Of a stretch of DNA of 64,000 bases, positions 24,001 to 35,100 are shown in pieces. The notes under the pieces were generated by a model. That model searched no databases, had not been told where the DNA came from, and saw only the letters and a list, made by a program, of their open reading frames with translations. The stretch's first letter is position 1; each line of letters begins with the position of its first letter. The stretch is from Antedon mediterranea (lineage: Eukaryota > Animalia > Echinodermata). A program made the translations under genes and the position numbers. Location: the NCBI RefSeq assembly GCF_964355755.1, contig NC_092680.1:7130001-7194000 (forward strand), in the 5' to 3' direction.

Positions 24001-26063
24001 AGCTAAGTACAGTAAGTTTGAATTATCATCATCTCCTCAGAGATCCTGTAGGAAACAAGATAATAAAAGCAACTAAACAAGAACGTCATGGCAAATGACT
24101 TGTGTTTAGCAGTGAATTACAATAATATTGTACAACAGTGTTATACTGTCATAGCAAAATATACAGTATTGTATCAAGAAATCAACATATATAAATTCAT
24201 AAAAACTCTGGCAAAAAGGATAGCATTATATTACAAAATTGGTGCGAGGGTCATTTATGAAATTAATTATAATATTACTATAGTCACAAAATATGATTCA
24301 CCTTCTAGCTCAGGAAATTGGTGTTTTGGAGAAAATCAAACTGAATGAATATTGCAAAAAAAACTTTCTATTAATATTTACAGTAATACTAACAGACCAT
24401 TTTGTGGTTATTATATTTTTTTTCAATCAAGGATTAAAAATTCCTATAAGAATTTATAGCAATTCCAACATTTATTTAGTGTTTTATATACACAGTTTGT
24501 GACTATGTACAGTCTATTTTTGTTTAAGATTAATTGTGTTACTGTAGCTATGTAATAATAATAGTAAAATTTTTCAAACAGAATTATATATTATAACTGT
24601 TTGAAATTTATTCTTTACTATGAAATTAAAAGTTGATTCTTTTTTTTAAATGTCAATTTTATGCATTTGAAAAAAATGTTTTTGTATATTATTATTCATG
24701 TAATTAAAGTTATTTATATACACAGTAGAATCCCTCCTATGGGACACCTTTGTTCAGGGGACACCTTGATTCACACAAACACGAGGGGCAATATGTTTAA
24801 ACACAAACATTCAGGGGACATCCCTATAAAGAATCTACTGTAGCTAATAAGAGATAATAGTCAAATAATTGAATAATTGTTAACAATTCACTTTGTGTAC
24901 TAGTTGCATATTTCAAGTAGATTCAACCATGATTATGAATTATAATAGTATTAAAAACAACAAAATACTGTGAAAGAGAACTACTGAAGCGATACCGTGT
25001 AGTTCAAACACACCTTTAATAATAGTAGGGGTGCTCAGGTCATATGATTTCCATAAGAAAGCTTCCAACAGTTGACATAGCATAGATAAAGTTCTATTGT
25101 AACTTATCACCAACAAAAAAATGGGAGTCAATAATAATAACACTGGCAAAAATAAACCTTCTAAATATTTCATCAATTTGATAAAAATGATTTGTCGGGT
25201 TGCAGAAAAATTAAAATAGTCATTATTTTATTTTTAAAAAACAGGGCTGTTAAATTTTAGGGGGCTAACACCTGTTTATCGTCCGCCTAAATTCAAGCAA
25301 ACATAAGTTTTTTTTAAATCATAGTTTATTGATTAAACCTGTTGTGTATATGATAAACAACTTGTAAACAATAGTGCTTGATTTGCTTATTATGTATAAG
25401 TTAACACACGTTTATTATTGTATCAAATGGAACAAACAAACTGGCTAATTATTAATTAGGTCGCATTATCACATGCTTCTCTAATTTAAAAAAAACACTT
25501 CTCTGACTAAAACTCAATTTGGATTACAAAATGTGTTGCAGGAAAATTAATGTCATTGTTTAAACTTAGGAAAAATGTTTTAGGTTTTGTAATTATAGAA
25601 AAAATCCTTAATATTTGTATCAAATAGGTAGGTAGTCATTGTTTAAACTTAACTTAAATTATTAATTATTTTTATTTAAAAAAATCTACTTCAGCTTTTA
25701 ACGAACCAACTCCCAGCATCAATTTATTATTTCTTTATACTGTATACACTTAGTACTAGGTGCAAGTTAAGTGGTAGATTTTTATAAAAGTAAACAAAAT
25801 TATATCAAAATTGTATTGTTTGAAGGTTTGCATGGCGAAATCAAAACAAATAATAAATGAAAAGTATTTAAAACAAAAAATTAAGCATTTTTATAAAGTT
25901 AAGAAAATTACCTGTACAGTAAAAACAAATAAAAAATTGATTGTTATTGATACAAAAAAAAGTGACATTATTTCAACTTACCTTCCAATAAATCTCTTGC
26001 TAGGCCAGGCTCTGTGCCAGTCTCCTGGATGAATCTTGACAGCATACGGTCCTGTGTTGTCAT
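9057..26063 (-). CDS. OTUD7B: OTU domain deubiquitinase of the Cezanne (OTUD7A/OTUD7B) family
   Basis: Exons 26063-25982, 18506-18318, 17916-17686, 14183-14091, 12862-12726, 12229-12102, 11271-10928 and 10258-9057 total 2406 nt = 801 aa + stop. N-terminal UBA-like [17 protein letters not shown], catalytic Cys box [50 protein letters not shown], His box [10 protein letters not shown], and C-terminal A20 zinc finger [21 protein letters not shown]. Probably co-orthologous to vertebrate OTUD7A and OTUD7B. Confidence 0.95.
10636..10809. mobile_element. Tc1/mariner(pogo)-like MITE
   Basis: TA|CAGTCGAATCCCTCAATACCAGATAC ... GTGTCCGGTATTTGGAGAGTTGACTG|TA. Related copies or fragments lie near 24723-24840, 28605-28720, 31755-31910 and 36260-36432. 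Confidence 0.65.
12559..13046. mobile_element. Two copies of Harbinger-like MITE family A flanking an OTUD7 exon (12559-12697 and 12906-13046)
   Basis: TIR TCTGTCTACAC(T)ATCAAA / AGTTTGATAGTGTAGACAGAGCT|TAA with internal CATATCACTACCATATTTGGG units. Confidence 0.8.
13097..13768. repeat. 37-bp minisatellite, 18 near-identical copies
   Basis: Unit AAACATATCATCATAGTGGAAGCCCAGATCTACTGTA, head-to-tail with no spacers and only a few single-base variants. Confidence 0.97.
15668..16270. repeat. 85-bp minisatellite, 7 copies
   Basis: Unit AAACTCTGAAGATTATTTATATCATACACCCTAGGGCGTCAAGAGGGGTGCTTTGTTTGATGTGTACCTTGTTGTGTGTACGTGT. CTCTG recurs at 15671, 15756, 15841, 15926, 16011, 16096, 16181 and 16266. 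Confidence 0.97.
17540..17668. mobile_element. hAT-like MITE
   Basis: Termini CAGTGGCGTAAC ... GTTACTCCACTA flanked by a near-perfect 8-bp TSD GCTAGAAC/GCTATAAC. A related fragment (CCCTGGGTTTAGCCAGTGAGCGCTCATAG) lies near 49135-49170. Confidence 0.75.
18690..18830 (-). mobile_element. tRNA-derived SINE fragment
   Basis: Minus strand shows an A box TGGCGCAGTGG and a B box GGGTTCAAGCTC, followed by a degenerate body. Confidence 0.5.
19318..19630 (-). mobile_element. tRNA-derived SINE with Deu/Nin-domain-like core
   Basis: Head AGTGAGTGGCCGAGCGGTTAAG...GGGTTCGAGGCTC (A and B boxes). Central GGATAAGGACTATAAACCGTAGGTCC...GCACTTTAAAGAACC...TTTCGAGATGAGTAGGGGGTTACCCCGGTGT resembles the Deu/Nin SINE domain. 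(AAAC)n tail at 19319-19332. Confidence 0.75.
19694..19834. mobile_element. Harbinger-like MITE family A
   Basis: TAA|AGCTCTGTGTACA ... GATAGTGTTGCCTGAGCT|TAA, giving a 3-bp TAA target duplication. Confidence 0.8.
20128..21053. mobile_element. Non-autonomous DNA transposon with perfect TIRs of about 38 bp (Harbinger/ISL2EU-like, superfamily uncertain)
   Basis: CGCCCGTATTCTTAAACCGGACTTTAGTCGTAGTTCGA ... TCGAACTACGACTAAAGTCCGGTTTAAGAATACGGGCG, flanked by (T)TA and TA(A). CpG-rich with subterminal CGACTA repeats and no ORF. Confidence 0.85.
21505..22130. mobile_element. TTAA-flanked non-autonomous transposon (Kolobok-like)
   Basis: TTAA|AGACCCCTTCCCTAC ... GTAGGGAATGGGGCT|TTAA. An internal piece (21594-21651) recurs at 5941-5999. 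Confidence 0.8.
22600..22820 (+). mobile_element. L2/CR1-group LINE 3' fragment
   Basis: Translates to [39 protein letters not shown], the typical L2 ORF2 C-terminus. Confidence 0.8.
23841..24004. mobile_element. Harbinger-like MITE family A
   Basis: TAA|AGCCCTGTCTACACTATCAAACT ... AGTTTGATAGTGTAGACAGAGCT. Confidence 0.85.
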
Positions 26064-26167
26064 TTTGGAGATGAGTGTTCTTTAGAGTGTACAGGGGCTA
26101 GGCGTTGACTAGCTGAATAGTTGGTGGGTTGATTTGTTTCGTTAAAAGTTAATATCAGACTGAGCAT
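26060..26167 (-). promoter_or_regulatory. 35-codon upstream ORF overlapping the OTUD7 start codon
   Basis: ATG at 26167 lies inside the exon that begins at the acceptor 26187-26186. It reads [35 protein letters not shown] and ends at TGA 26062-26060, overlapping the main ATG (26063-26061) as ATGA. Confidence 0.55.
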
Positions 26168-26946
26168 TCTTCAACTTGATTGAGACTGAAAGAATGAATG
26201 TGAATAAAAGAATTTATAATCGTAATGGTTTTAGAAAGAAGAAATATTTATTTTTTTTACGATAGAATTATGATCCAGGTGGTAAAAAAGGTGTTTGACT
26301 ATGTATATGATAAATCAACAACTGGACTTTATATTGTTTATTGAAACAGCGACGTTTACTAGTAGATAGCCTACTAGGCCTAGGCTAGGCCTATTTTATT
26401 GATACATTTATAAAAAATAATGATAATGGTTTTAATTTTGTAAATGTGAAAAAGTACAAAATTAAAGACTAAATGTTTACAATCTATATTTACTTTCACA
26501 TCACAGACCAGATGGAAATGGATAGGTATGTAGGTTAGTCAAGTTCGGCCATTGACATTATTAGCCTTATGAACTTGACCTTTTCCAGACAGATAATAAT
26601 TAAATATGTCAAGAAGTGCAAGAAGTGCATTTTATTAAATTAAAGTTTAAACGGATTTAGGATTGCTACATTTTAGTGCGGTTTGTATTGTCTGTTACTG
26701 TGGAAAAAGCATGTATATAATAGGCCTTTCATTACAGTACAGACAGTAGGGCCTTACTTACAAGGCCTATCTAGTACCTAAAAACTAACCTCCTTCCCTA
26801 CAGTAGGCTTAGCTATGCTACCTTCTTCAGGATCTAGAATATATAGCCTAGAGCCTAGGCCTACCTAGAAAGAATAGGCTAGGCCTATAATAGGCTAACG
26901 CAGACAGGCTAGCCTAATAAAAATACAGAAATAATTCATACTTTAC

Positions 26947-27270
26947 CTTTATTAAATTAGTAAATTTACTGTCAACCTGTAGGCCAGTGTCGTATATTCT
27001 AGCCTTTAGTATATTTAACTGATTGAATACATTATTTATTATTTAGAATAGACTAGGCCTAGTCATATAGGGCCAGTAGAGTAGGCAACCTGTTTCTTTC
27101 TCTGTCGTCGTGCGCCAGTTCGATCGTCCTTTGGGGTGCTCTGTGTCGTGTGTGTACTGTGTGTAGAGCCTCGAAACAGCTGCAACACAAAAAATACCGC
27201 CTGACATTTGTTGTCATGTCGTGGTTGTAAAAAAAAATGACATTTCCCATGATAGGTGGCGCTCTGTTAA
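26947..27270 (-). promoter_or_regulatory. Putative OTUD7 promoter and non-coding first exon
   Basis: Donor AAG|GTAAAG at 26946, a GC/CpG-richer patch at 27100-27265, and TAGGCCTA clusters in the adjacent intron. Confidence 0.45.
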
Positions 27271-27978
27271 AAATTTAGAATATCACAACTACAGAAAAAT
27301 ATGAAATAGCAACATTTACATACATTTTATAAATACATTTTTGGTATACCAATTGTCAGGTACTTGCTACGTTACTAAAAAGTTCAAAATTTATTTATAA
27401 AATATTAATTTGAAACCTAACGAAAATTTTTGAGAAGCAACATACATTGTTGTAATAAAACAATCAAAAAATTCATATTCAATCTCACTACTTTTTAATT
27501 ATTTTGTTATCATTTATAAAACAAATCAAGTTAATATTGATAATTACATACAAAATTAAACAATAAATTTTCTTTAAATATCAAACAATTTATACATTAT
27601 ATATATAAAATTACATAATTATTAATGTTCATAATAAAAGCATAACAACTCTACAATAGAAAATATTGGATTGAAATTTAAATAGGACCCAACGTGGTGA
27701 CTTTGGTTCAACTAAACTGCAAAAGAATTATGATAGTAAAAATTTTCATTATTGATAATTTATTAAGTTTTTTAAATCTTTGGGTACTAGAGTGTGACAC
27801 TGGTGAAAATGACTTCTTAGACCTATAATGTAGTTTGATATTGACAATAACAAGACAATATTGAATAATAATAATAAGCTTTATTTATTCACGGATACTT
27901 AACTCAACTGAAAGAATTAGAAGCACTTAATGATAATTCTCTAAATTTAATGATAATCACATGATTGACAACAGTATC

Positions 27979-29803
27979 TTATTCAGCGGTATTGCGACAT
28001 ATGACAGAGATCCTTCGACTCTTCTGTACCTTGTTGCCTAGATACGATGACGTCTCATTTGACAGTATCTCGTGTGTGAATTCATATCGAACACGATTTC
28101 TAACAAGACAAAAATAGTAACCAGTTTAATGCTTATAATATTATGTACAGTTATTTTTTGTTAGTTTAAATTCATTTCAGGTTAGTACGGTAACATAGTT
28201 ACCACCCTGGCAATATGGATATGAACCCTGGATGTTGTGATTGGAGGGTAAGCATGTTAACCATCGAGCTAATAGCTCCACTACTCTATTGTTCTGGATA
28301 TGCACAATTTTTTGTTATATCTTTGCTTTCTGTCTTATTATGTGTATATTTTTGTTATTGTATATTCTGCATATGTCAGAAATTCAAATGAATAAACAAA
28401 GATTAGTTTAATTGATTAACTTCTGTACTTTCATGACAATAACTTACTGTAGTACATAAAGTGAGAGTGGTCTTAGCAGCACGTTTGCCCAAATGTTTTT
28501 CTGCTCTACATGAACAAGCCTCATAACAGAAGGAGACAATAAACTTATGCCAGCAATGACATTTCCACAAAACTGCAAATTAAATAAAAATTCACTGATA
28601 ATACAGTCAGTTCTCCCAATACCAGACACCTCTGGGGTACGGTGGCCAAATGTGTCTGTTCTGGAAAGTCTGGTATTCGGAATGTTTTTTAACGATAAAA
28701 ATGAATTTTGGACTCTTTAGTAGTAGTAGATACCACTTACTTTGACGCTATCCACATGTGGTTTTATATATCCATCTTCAGCTAAGTCAAGTACATGAAC
28801 AAGATTTAACTGAGATGAAGCAGACTTTGTAAATGCAGTTTCACGCACTTTTTGAATTATTCTGGAGTTGTCTTCGTTCCAGTTGGATTTCTCTGTTTCA
28901 CGATAACCATGTATTGCCTAGTAAAAAATAATGTCATAATGTTTATTTTGAGCAAAGTATATCACATACTGTATTCAGTATAATAAATTACTGTATCTTT
29001 CAAATACATTAATACAGTATTTTAAACTTCAATATATCGTTATGGCATAGATGGGTTTTAACAATTTTGAAGCATTTATTTTTACTTTTGTCAAAACTCC
29101 CAAGCAAATTTTGTCAAAAGGGCCCTTGAAACCTTTTTGAAATTGGAGAGTGTCATTGGGAATGTGAATTTTGTGTAATTAATTTTTTTTTCTTGTTGAC
29201 ACAGATGATATATTTTAATTTACATCAGTGAGTTGAGTGGGGCAAGTCATTGTCTTACTCTTAGCATGGAGTGGGGAAAGTCATTGTCTTACTCTTTTTA
29301 GCATGGAGTATTACTCCATGCTCTTAGTAATGTTATCTAATTTTAATGTATAATGATATTATAAAATAAAAAATAAATAAATTGACATTATTATAATATT
29401 GTATTCTTACATCATCCCAGTGATCAACCTCATACCGCAAACCTTTGAAATACTTTTGAACTTCTTTCATCAAAGTTTCAGATTCAATTTCTGATATGAA
29501 TTCATTATAAAGTTTAAAATCTTTCTCAAAAATGTCCCTTGCATCCTTGCCTGAAAACTCGGTACACTCATTAGTTATATTCATCGTCGAAGGCACAGTA
29601 TGAGTAGGCCTAGATGAAATAGTTAAGAATCGAACTGGGATAAATGAGGATGGACAAGGCCTAGGTTCTCTTCCCAGCAGTGTGAATGTTGTTGCAGCAG
29701 TTAGCCTACTTCGTCCGCCACCAACACAAGTACGGCGTTGGCCTAGAAACTGACAAGTAAATAGATGCTTTTGAGATCGCCAGAAACATTTGTATATAGT
29801 CAT
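27979..29803 (-). CDS. ALKBH7: Alpha-ketoglutarate-dependent dioxygenase alkB homolog 7, mitochondrial
   Basis: Exons 29803-29411, 28917-28741, 28572-28448 and 28099-27979 total 816 nt = 271 aa + stop. Motifs: [42 protein letters not shown] (HxD), IAGISLLSPSVMRLVH, RYEFTHEIL (distal His), RRISVICR. Arg-rich N-terminal presequence. Confidence 0.96.
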
Positions 29804-30547
29804 TGTTATTCTAAATATTCAAGCAAACAAATACGTTACTTAATTTCGCACAAACCAACTTGTGTAAACTATTTAATTGCATATTTATAACAATAAATAT
29901 TCCAACACTCTTTTTGCTGCTGAAAATGGATACCATATTTCGCTAATTTTAGTTTCTTGAGGGCGCCCTTTACAATATGAAATAAAAAACAATAAATATT
30001 TTTATAAACTATAAACAACTCAGACAACACATAAGAAATATCTTTATTTATTCAATGCAATGTAACAATATTTTCACATTAATTTACACAGACAAGTTAA
30101 AAAGAAGTGCTAGTATTAAGGATCATTTTTAGTACTTTCTACACCTATTTTAAATACTAGTTTTAAGGTAACATTTGCAAACATTGCTACACGATTCTAT
30201 GAAAGAAATTAACATATATAATTGTTAACATTGAATTTGTTTTATTAATTAAAATTTGTCAGATGTCAGTCAATAATTAAATACCAAAATAAAATAACGG
30301 TGAAAGTGACAAAATATGTATTACGTATACGGTACATTATATTTAAATACATTGGCAGTAGATATACATAACTGTTACAAAACAAAAAAGAATACCAGAT
30401 TTTAACAACTACTGTATCAAACAGATTGATACTTTTATACACAGTAAAATAGTTATATTTAATAGATAATATAAATATTGTGGCAAATGCATACAAATTA
30501 TAAATAAAAAATCCAAAGGCACACATTCTTAAAATATTGCATTTTAC

Positions 30548-30856
30548 GACATATGCCTATATATAGTATAGCATCTGACATATGCCCATAGTACGATATC
30601 TGATATCTGCTCATATATGGTATAGCATCTGACATATGCCCATAGTATGACATCTGACATCTGCTCATATATAGTATAGCATCTGACATATGCCCATAGT
30701 ATGACATCTGAATGACATATGCCCATAGTACGATATCTGACATATGCCCATAGTATGACATCTGACATATGCCCATAGTATGACATCTGAATGACATATG
30801 CCCATAAATAGTATAGCATCTTACCTGTACATATGCCCATATATAGTATGACATCT
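30548..30856. repeat. Imperfect tandem repeat with a unit of about 25 bp
   Basis: Recurring GACATATGCCCATAGTATGACATCT with longer variants. Confidence 0.9.
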
Positions 30857-32182
30857 TGCATTAATGTATTCAGGCTTTTATACTGTGAACCTTCTTAAAA
30901 TAATATTGTTATTATATTTAAAGCAAAGCAAGAAATCCAGCGTAAACATTTTAACATTGATGCAAGATTCACAACTTTTATTTCAGGAGTATTTTTTCTT
31001 CAACAATTTAAAAATAGGTTTCATATTGTTATAAAAGTAACCAGAAAGTGTAAAAATGTATGTACTGTGACAGTTGAAGTTATTTTAAACCTTAAATGAT
31101 ATCATCAAAGAAATAAGACAAAACATCATCACAATCTGCAGGGAAGATCCAGGGGAAACGGGAAAGAACATCACCAGCTGGTAACAAACAATTGGTTAGC
31201 AGAGTGTTAGGCGGTGTACAGACTAACCATATAGCTCAAGCATTATAAATATGAAACGACAAAATATTTAGTTACACCTAGACTCGGCATTTTAATGCTG
31301 TTTTTAATATGCCTATCCTAGTTGAAGTCGTGCCGCTCGACACATTATTTATTGTTTGGTGCAAGTAGGGTTAGGTTCAGGTGTTTAGGTGAAATAGCAA
31401 GCTGTGGTGTTACTTGTTTGATATTTTTTTAAAGTAAAATTTTCTTGATTGGAGAGTGATTTTAAATCATTAGTTCCCACTAATTTAATAATCTCTTATT
31501 TACAGCCTGTGTCAATATACATAATATAGTCATGAAACAATATTTTTAAATATTTTAAGTAAGATAATATCAAATAACATTTTAATATCATCTTAATTAG
31601 TTTCATCTCTCTGGTAAATACACAAATTCATTTTACATGACAATCTGTATGCTGCATAGCAATACTATTTACAATCTTTAAAATAAACCTTTCTTTTAAT
31701 CAAATTACACTGGTTTGTATATTTTGGTCCTGTGTATGGTTTTGATGTATTCCAGTACAACTTCTATTAAGGTGACACCTCCGGGACCAAATTGGACACC
31801 AAAGTGTTAAAACATATAGTATTGCCTTTATGTTTTTTTAAATCGGAACATATCATCTTACATAGGCATGTCCCCTAAATAGGGAGGTACCAAAGATAGG
31901 CTTTACTGTATGGACATATAGTAAAGTACTTTTCTGTACTGGTTCTATTCTCAGCCAAGTAATGCTGTCAATTCAGCAGCTTTGACTAGCTTTAACTACA
32001 AAATTTGAAATATATCCATTTTCATTAGACCTATAATTGTGATAAATAATGTAGTATGAGACATGAAATATCAATAAACAAATATCCAATCAAGTATAAA
32101 TAAAGTCATCTATTATTGCTAAGAGAATAATAACCTTGTAAAGATATTATAATATATATATATACTGTACACTTATCGCCTC

Positions 32183-35100
32183 TTAAGAATAGTACGTAAG
32201 CACACTGGTTTGATTTCCTCTCATTAAGACAATTGGTGGCAATTCCTTAGCGTTGCATAGTGTTTCCAGCCACGACATGTACATGTAAGCTGAACAAGCT
32301 TCTTTTCTAGGCATTGGAAGTGTCCTGAAACAGAAACAGAAACAAAAATGATAATAATAGTTCATTCTTATATAGCGAATATAAGCAAGCTCTTAATCAC
32401 TTTTTTGGATCAAACACGTATGGAAACATACTCCCATAATGCAGCTAGTAATCAGCGCAAAATTGTGTCTTGATCTAACCGGGTACCCATTTTATACACC
32501 TGGGAGGAGAGAGGAAAATGCAAGTAAAGCGTCCTGCCTAAGGCAAGCAATACGGCAAGAGTTTGATTCGAACCACAATCTCACGATCAGTAATCAAACG
32601 CCCATCACACTGCGCCATACACCCTCATAAGTATATATTAAGTATAACTTATTGATATATATATATATATATATATATAATATAATTTGAAACAATAGAG
32701 ATGAGGAAATGTTCTGTGCCTAATGTGTTTATATATATAAAAGTATCTCTTCGGAGATCCCGCCTCGTGAATAAAAATACTGAAAGATGAGGGCGTATCA
32801 ATTTGATCTCTGTTGCGCGTGCGTACAACTGAGGACTAGGGCTGTTCCGCCGTACCACGCCGAGAATGTTAAAGAGTCGCTATCCAATCGAGTTTGAACA
32901 ATACCATGAAAGCCCCGAAAACTCGATTGGATAGCGACTCTTTAACATTCTCGGCGTGGTACGGCGGAACAGCACTAGTCCTCAGTTGTACACACGCACA
33001 CCAGAGATCAAATTGATACGCCCTCATCTTTCAATATATATATATATTGTCCTCCTAAAAAATTACTTTTTTTTTTGTCCTATTGACATTTTCATGTCAC
33101 ATATAGTTATTCAGTTTGACCAAAAATTATATTTTAACAAATTATTCACCATTATTTCAACCATAAGGCCAGACAACAGGTTTTTTGTTATTATATTAAC
33201 AGTTTATTTTGTCATTTTCAAGTGAAAAACTTATTAAAACTACAAAATGATCTATTAAAAGTTTGGTATAAAACTTACAAGAAAATTAACCTTGCATCCA
33301 TAGAGTGTTTAAATAACAGTTCTCTCAATCGTATATTTCTATATGTCTTTTCCTTCAAATTTTTTCTTTCTTCATTTGTGATATACCCAGGAAAATCTTT
33401 CTCATCTTGGTCTTTATGTAACATCCAAGGGTTCACTATTGCTTCAAAGGCTTCCAAACTATGTAAAAGAATAATAATAACAACATATTACTATTAAAAA
33501 CCTGCTATCAAATTACTGATAAGCAATTGCACAAGAAGAAAAATGCAATAAAAAAATGATTTTACTTTATAACTAAAAGATAAACACACACATGTATAAA
33601 CAAATGGGGACAGGCAAACTAGTACAGGACAGAACAGTATTGGATCTCACCTGACGTCTGTGGGTTTCTTTCCAATATCTGGTATAATTTCTACACTATG
33701 ACAGTCAATACGAAATTTACTCAGCATATTTGCCATACTGCAAAATGGAAAAAAACAAAAAAACAATGCTCATATTAAACATTGAAAACAGAAACCGTGT
33801 CCAATTAACATTTTAAGTGACAAAAAAATGTGCCCATATTTGGACATACCACTACCATATTTGGGAACATCACACTCTTTTTAATATAAAAAAATAAAAA
33901 TAATTGAATTTGATGTGATGTGAAAAACTTATATCAAAACATCTTTATAACATGTCAACTATACAAAATGGAAAAGATAGTTGGGTGCTTGATTTTGGGA
34001 AACACCAAAACAAACAAGACAGTTATTTCACCTTATCTTCTCTTTCTCTATCTGGTCCTTCTTTCCACCAGCAAATACTCTCAGCTTGCATCGTTCCCAT
34101 TGCCGCCTCAGAGTGAGAATATGTGGAATAAGTAAGGTCAAACCTGCATAAGAGGAATGATAGAATGGAATCTACTAATCTGCAATTATATGCGAGTTCA
34201 TTCTTGTTACAATGAGAACATTATTTATACCATTGCACTCATAAACAATCATTATTTGTATACTATTGCAATGATGGTTATGCAATTATTTGTACCCTTG
34301 CACTCTATATTTGTACACTACATGTCATGTTTACTAACCTCCATCATCAAATAGCCACCATACATCTATGGTTCCCTTAGCCTGCTTTTCCTGGAATGCA
34401 TTGACAGATCGAATCACGCTTCCGGGTTTGTGGCCTCTCATTAAAGCTGTGCTATCCTGAACAGGCTTCTCAATAGATTTTCGTTTCTCAGAATCTTTAC
34501 TTTCCCACGATTCCTCAAGGATCAATGGTTCCGCTTCATCAATCGTGAGCTCAGAAGCTGAATAATTAGAATGATCAATATCAAACTTTATGTGACAAAA
34601 AAGGTGTGATGTGCAAATATATCAGTAATATCCCCAAATATGGTAGATGTATTGTCCCTTGAAACACAAAAAATAAAAAAAAAATATTCTAAATTTAAAT
34701 TGGCCATATCAAAGTAATATTAAAGTTATTCACTTTAAGTCGAAAATTTGAGGCAAAAACAACAAGTTTACGTAATTAACAGATAAATTAATTTGATTAC
34801 ATTTCGTCTGGAAAATCGTCCCGAGCGAAAATAAACAAAGACTTCAAACCACGAGTATGGATAATGCATGATGCTAACTAGGACAACTCGTCGCAGTTGA
34901 GAAGGTGTTTTCACACAGATCGCGAGGAAGTTTTATGATTATGCATACCGAGTAGCCAAACAAGCGCATTGCATTATGAGATATGTTTGATCGAAAACTT
35001 TGACTGGAAGTCAAAGTTATTTTTTGAACAAAAAAACGTCCGTATTTCAGTTAAATTATTTTTTTGGTGAAAGTTAATAACTATTAATTATGATACTTCA

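Noticed and set aside
30498-30861. Repetitive 118-aa and 105-aa ORFs as real proteins
   Set aside because: They are by-products of a tandem repeat that lacks stops in two frames.
32649-33225. Two ORFs with the same N-terminus (MVRRNS...) on opposite strands
   Set aside because: They are artefacts of the palindromic MITE arms.
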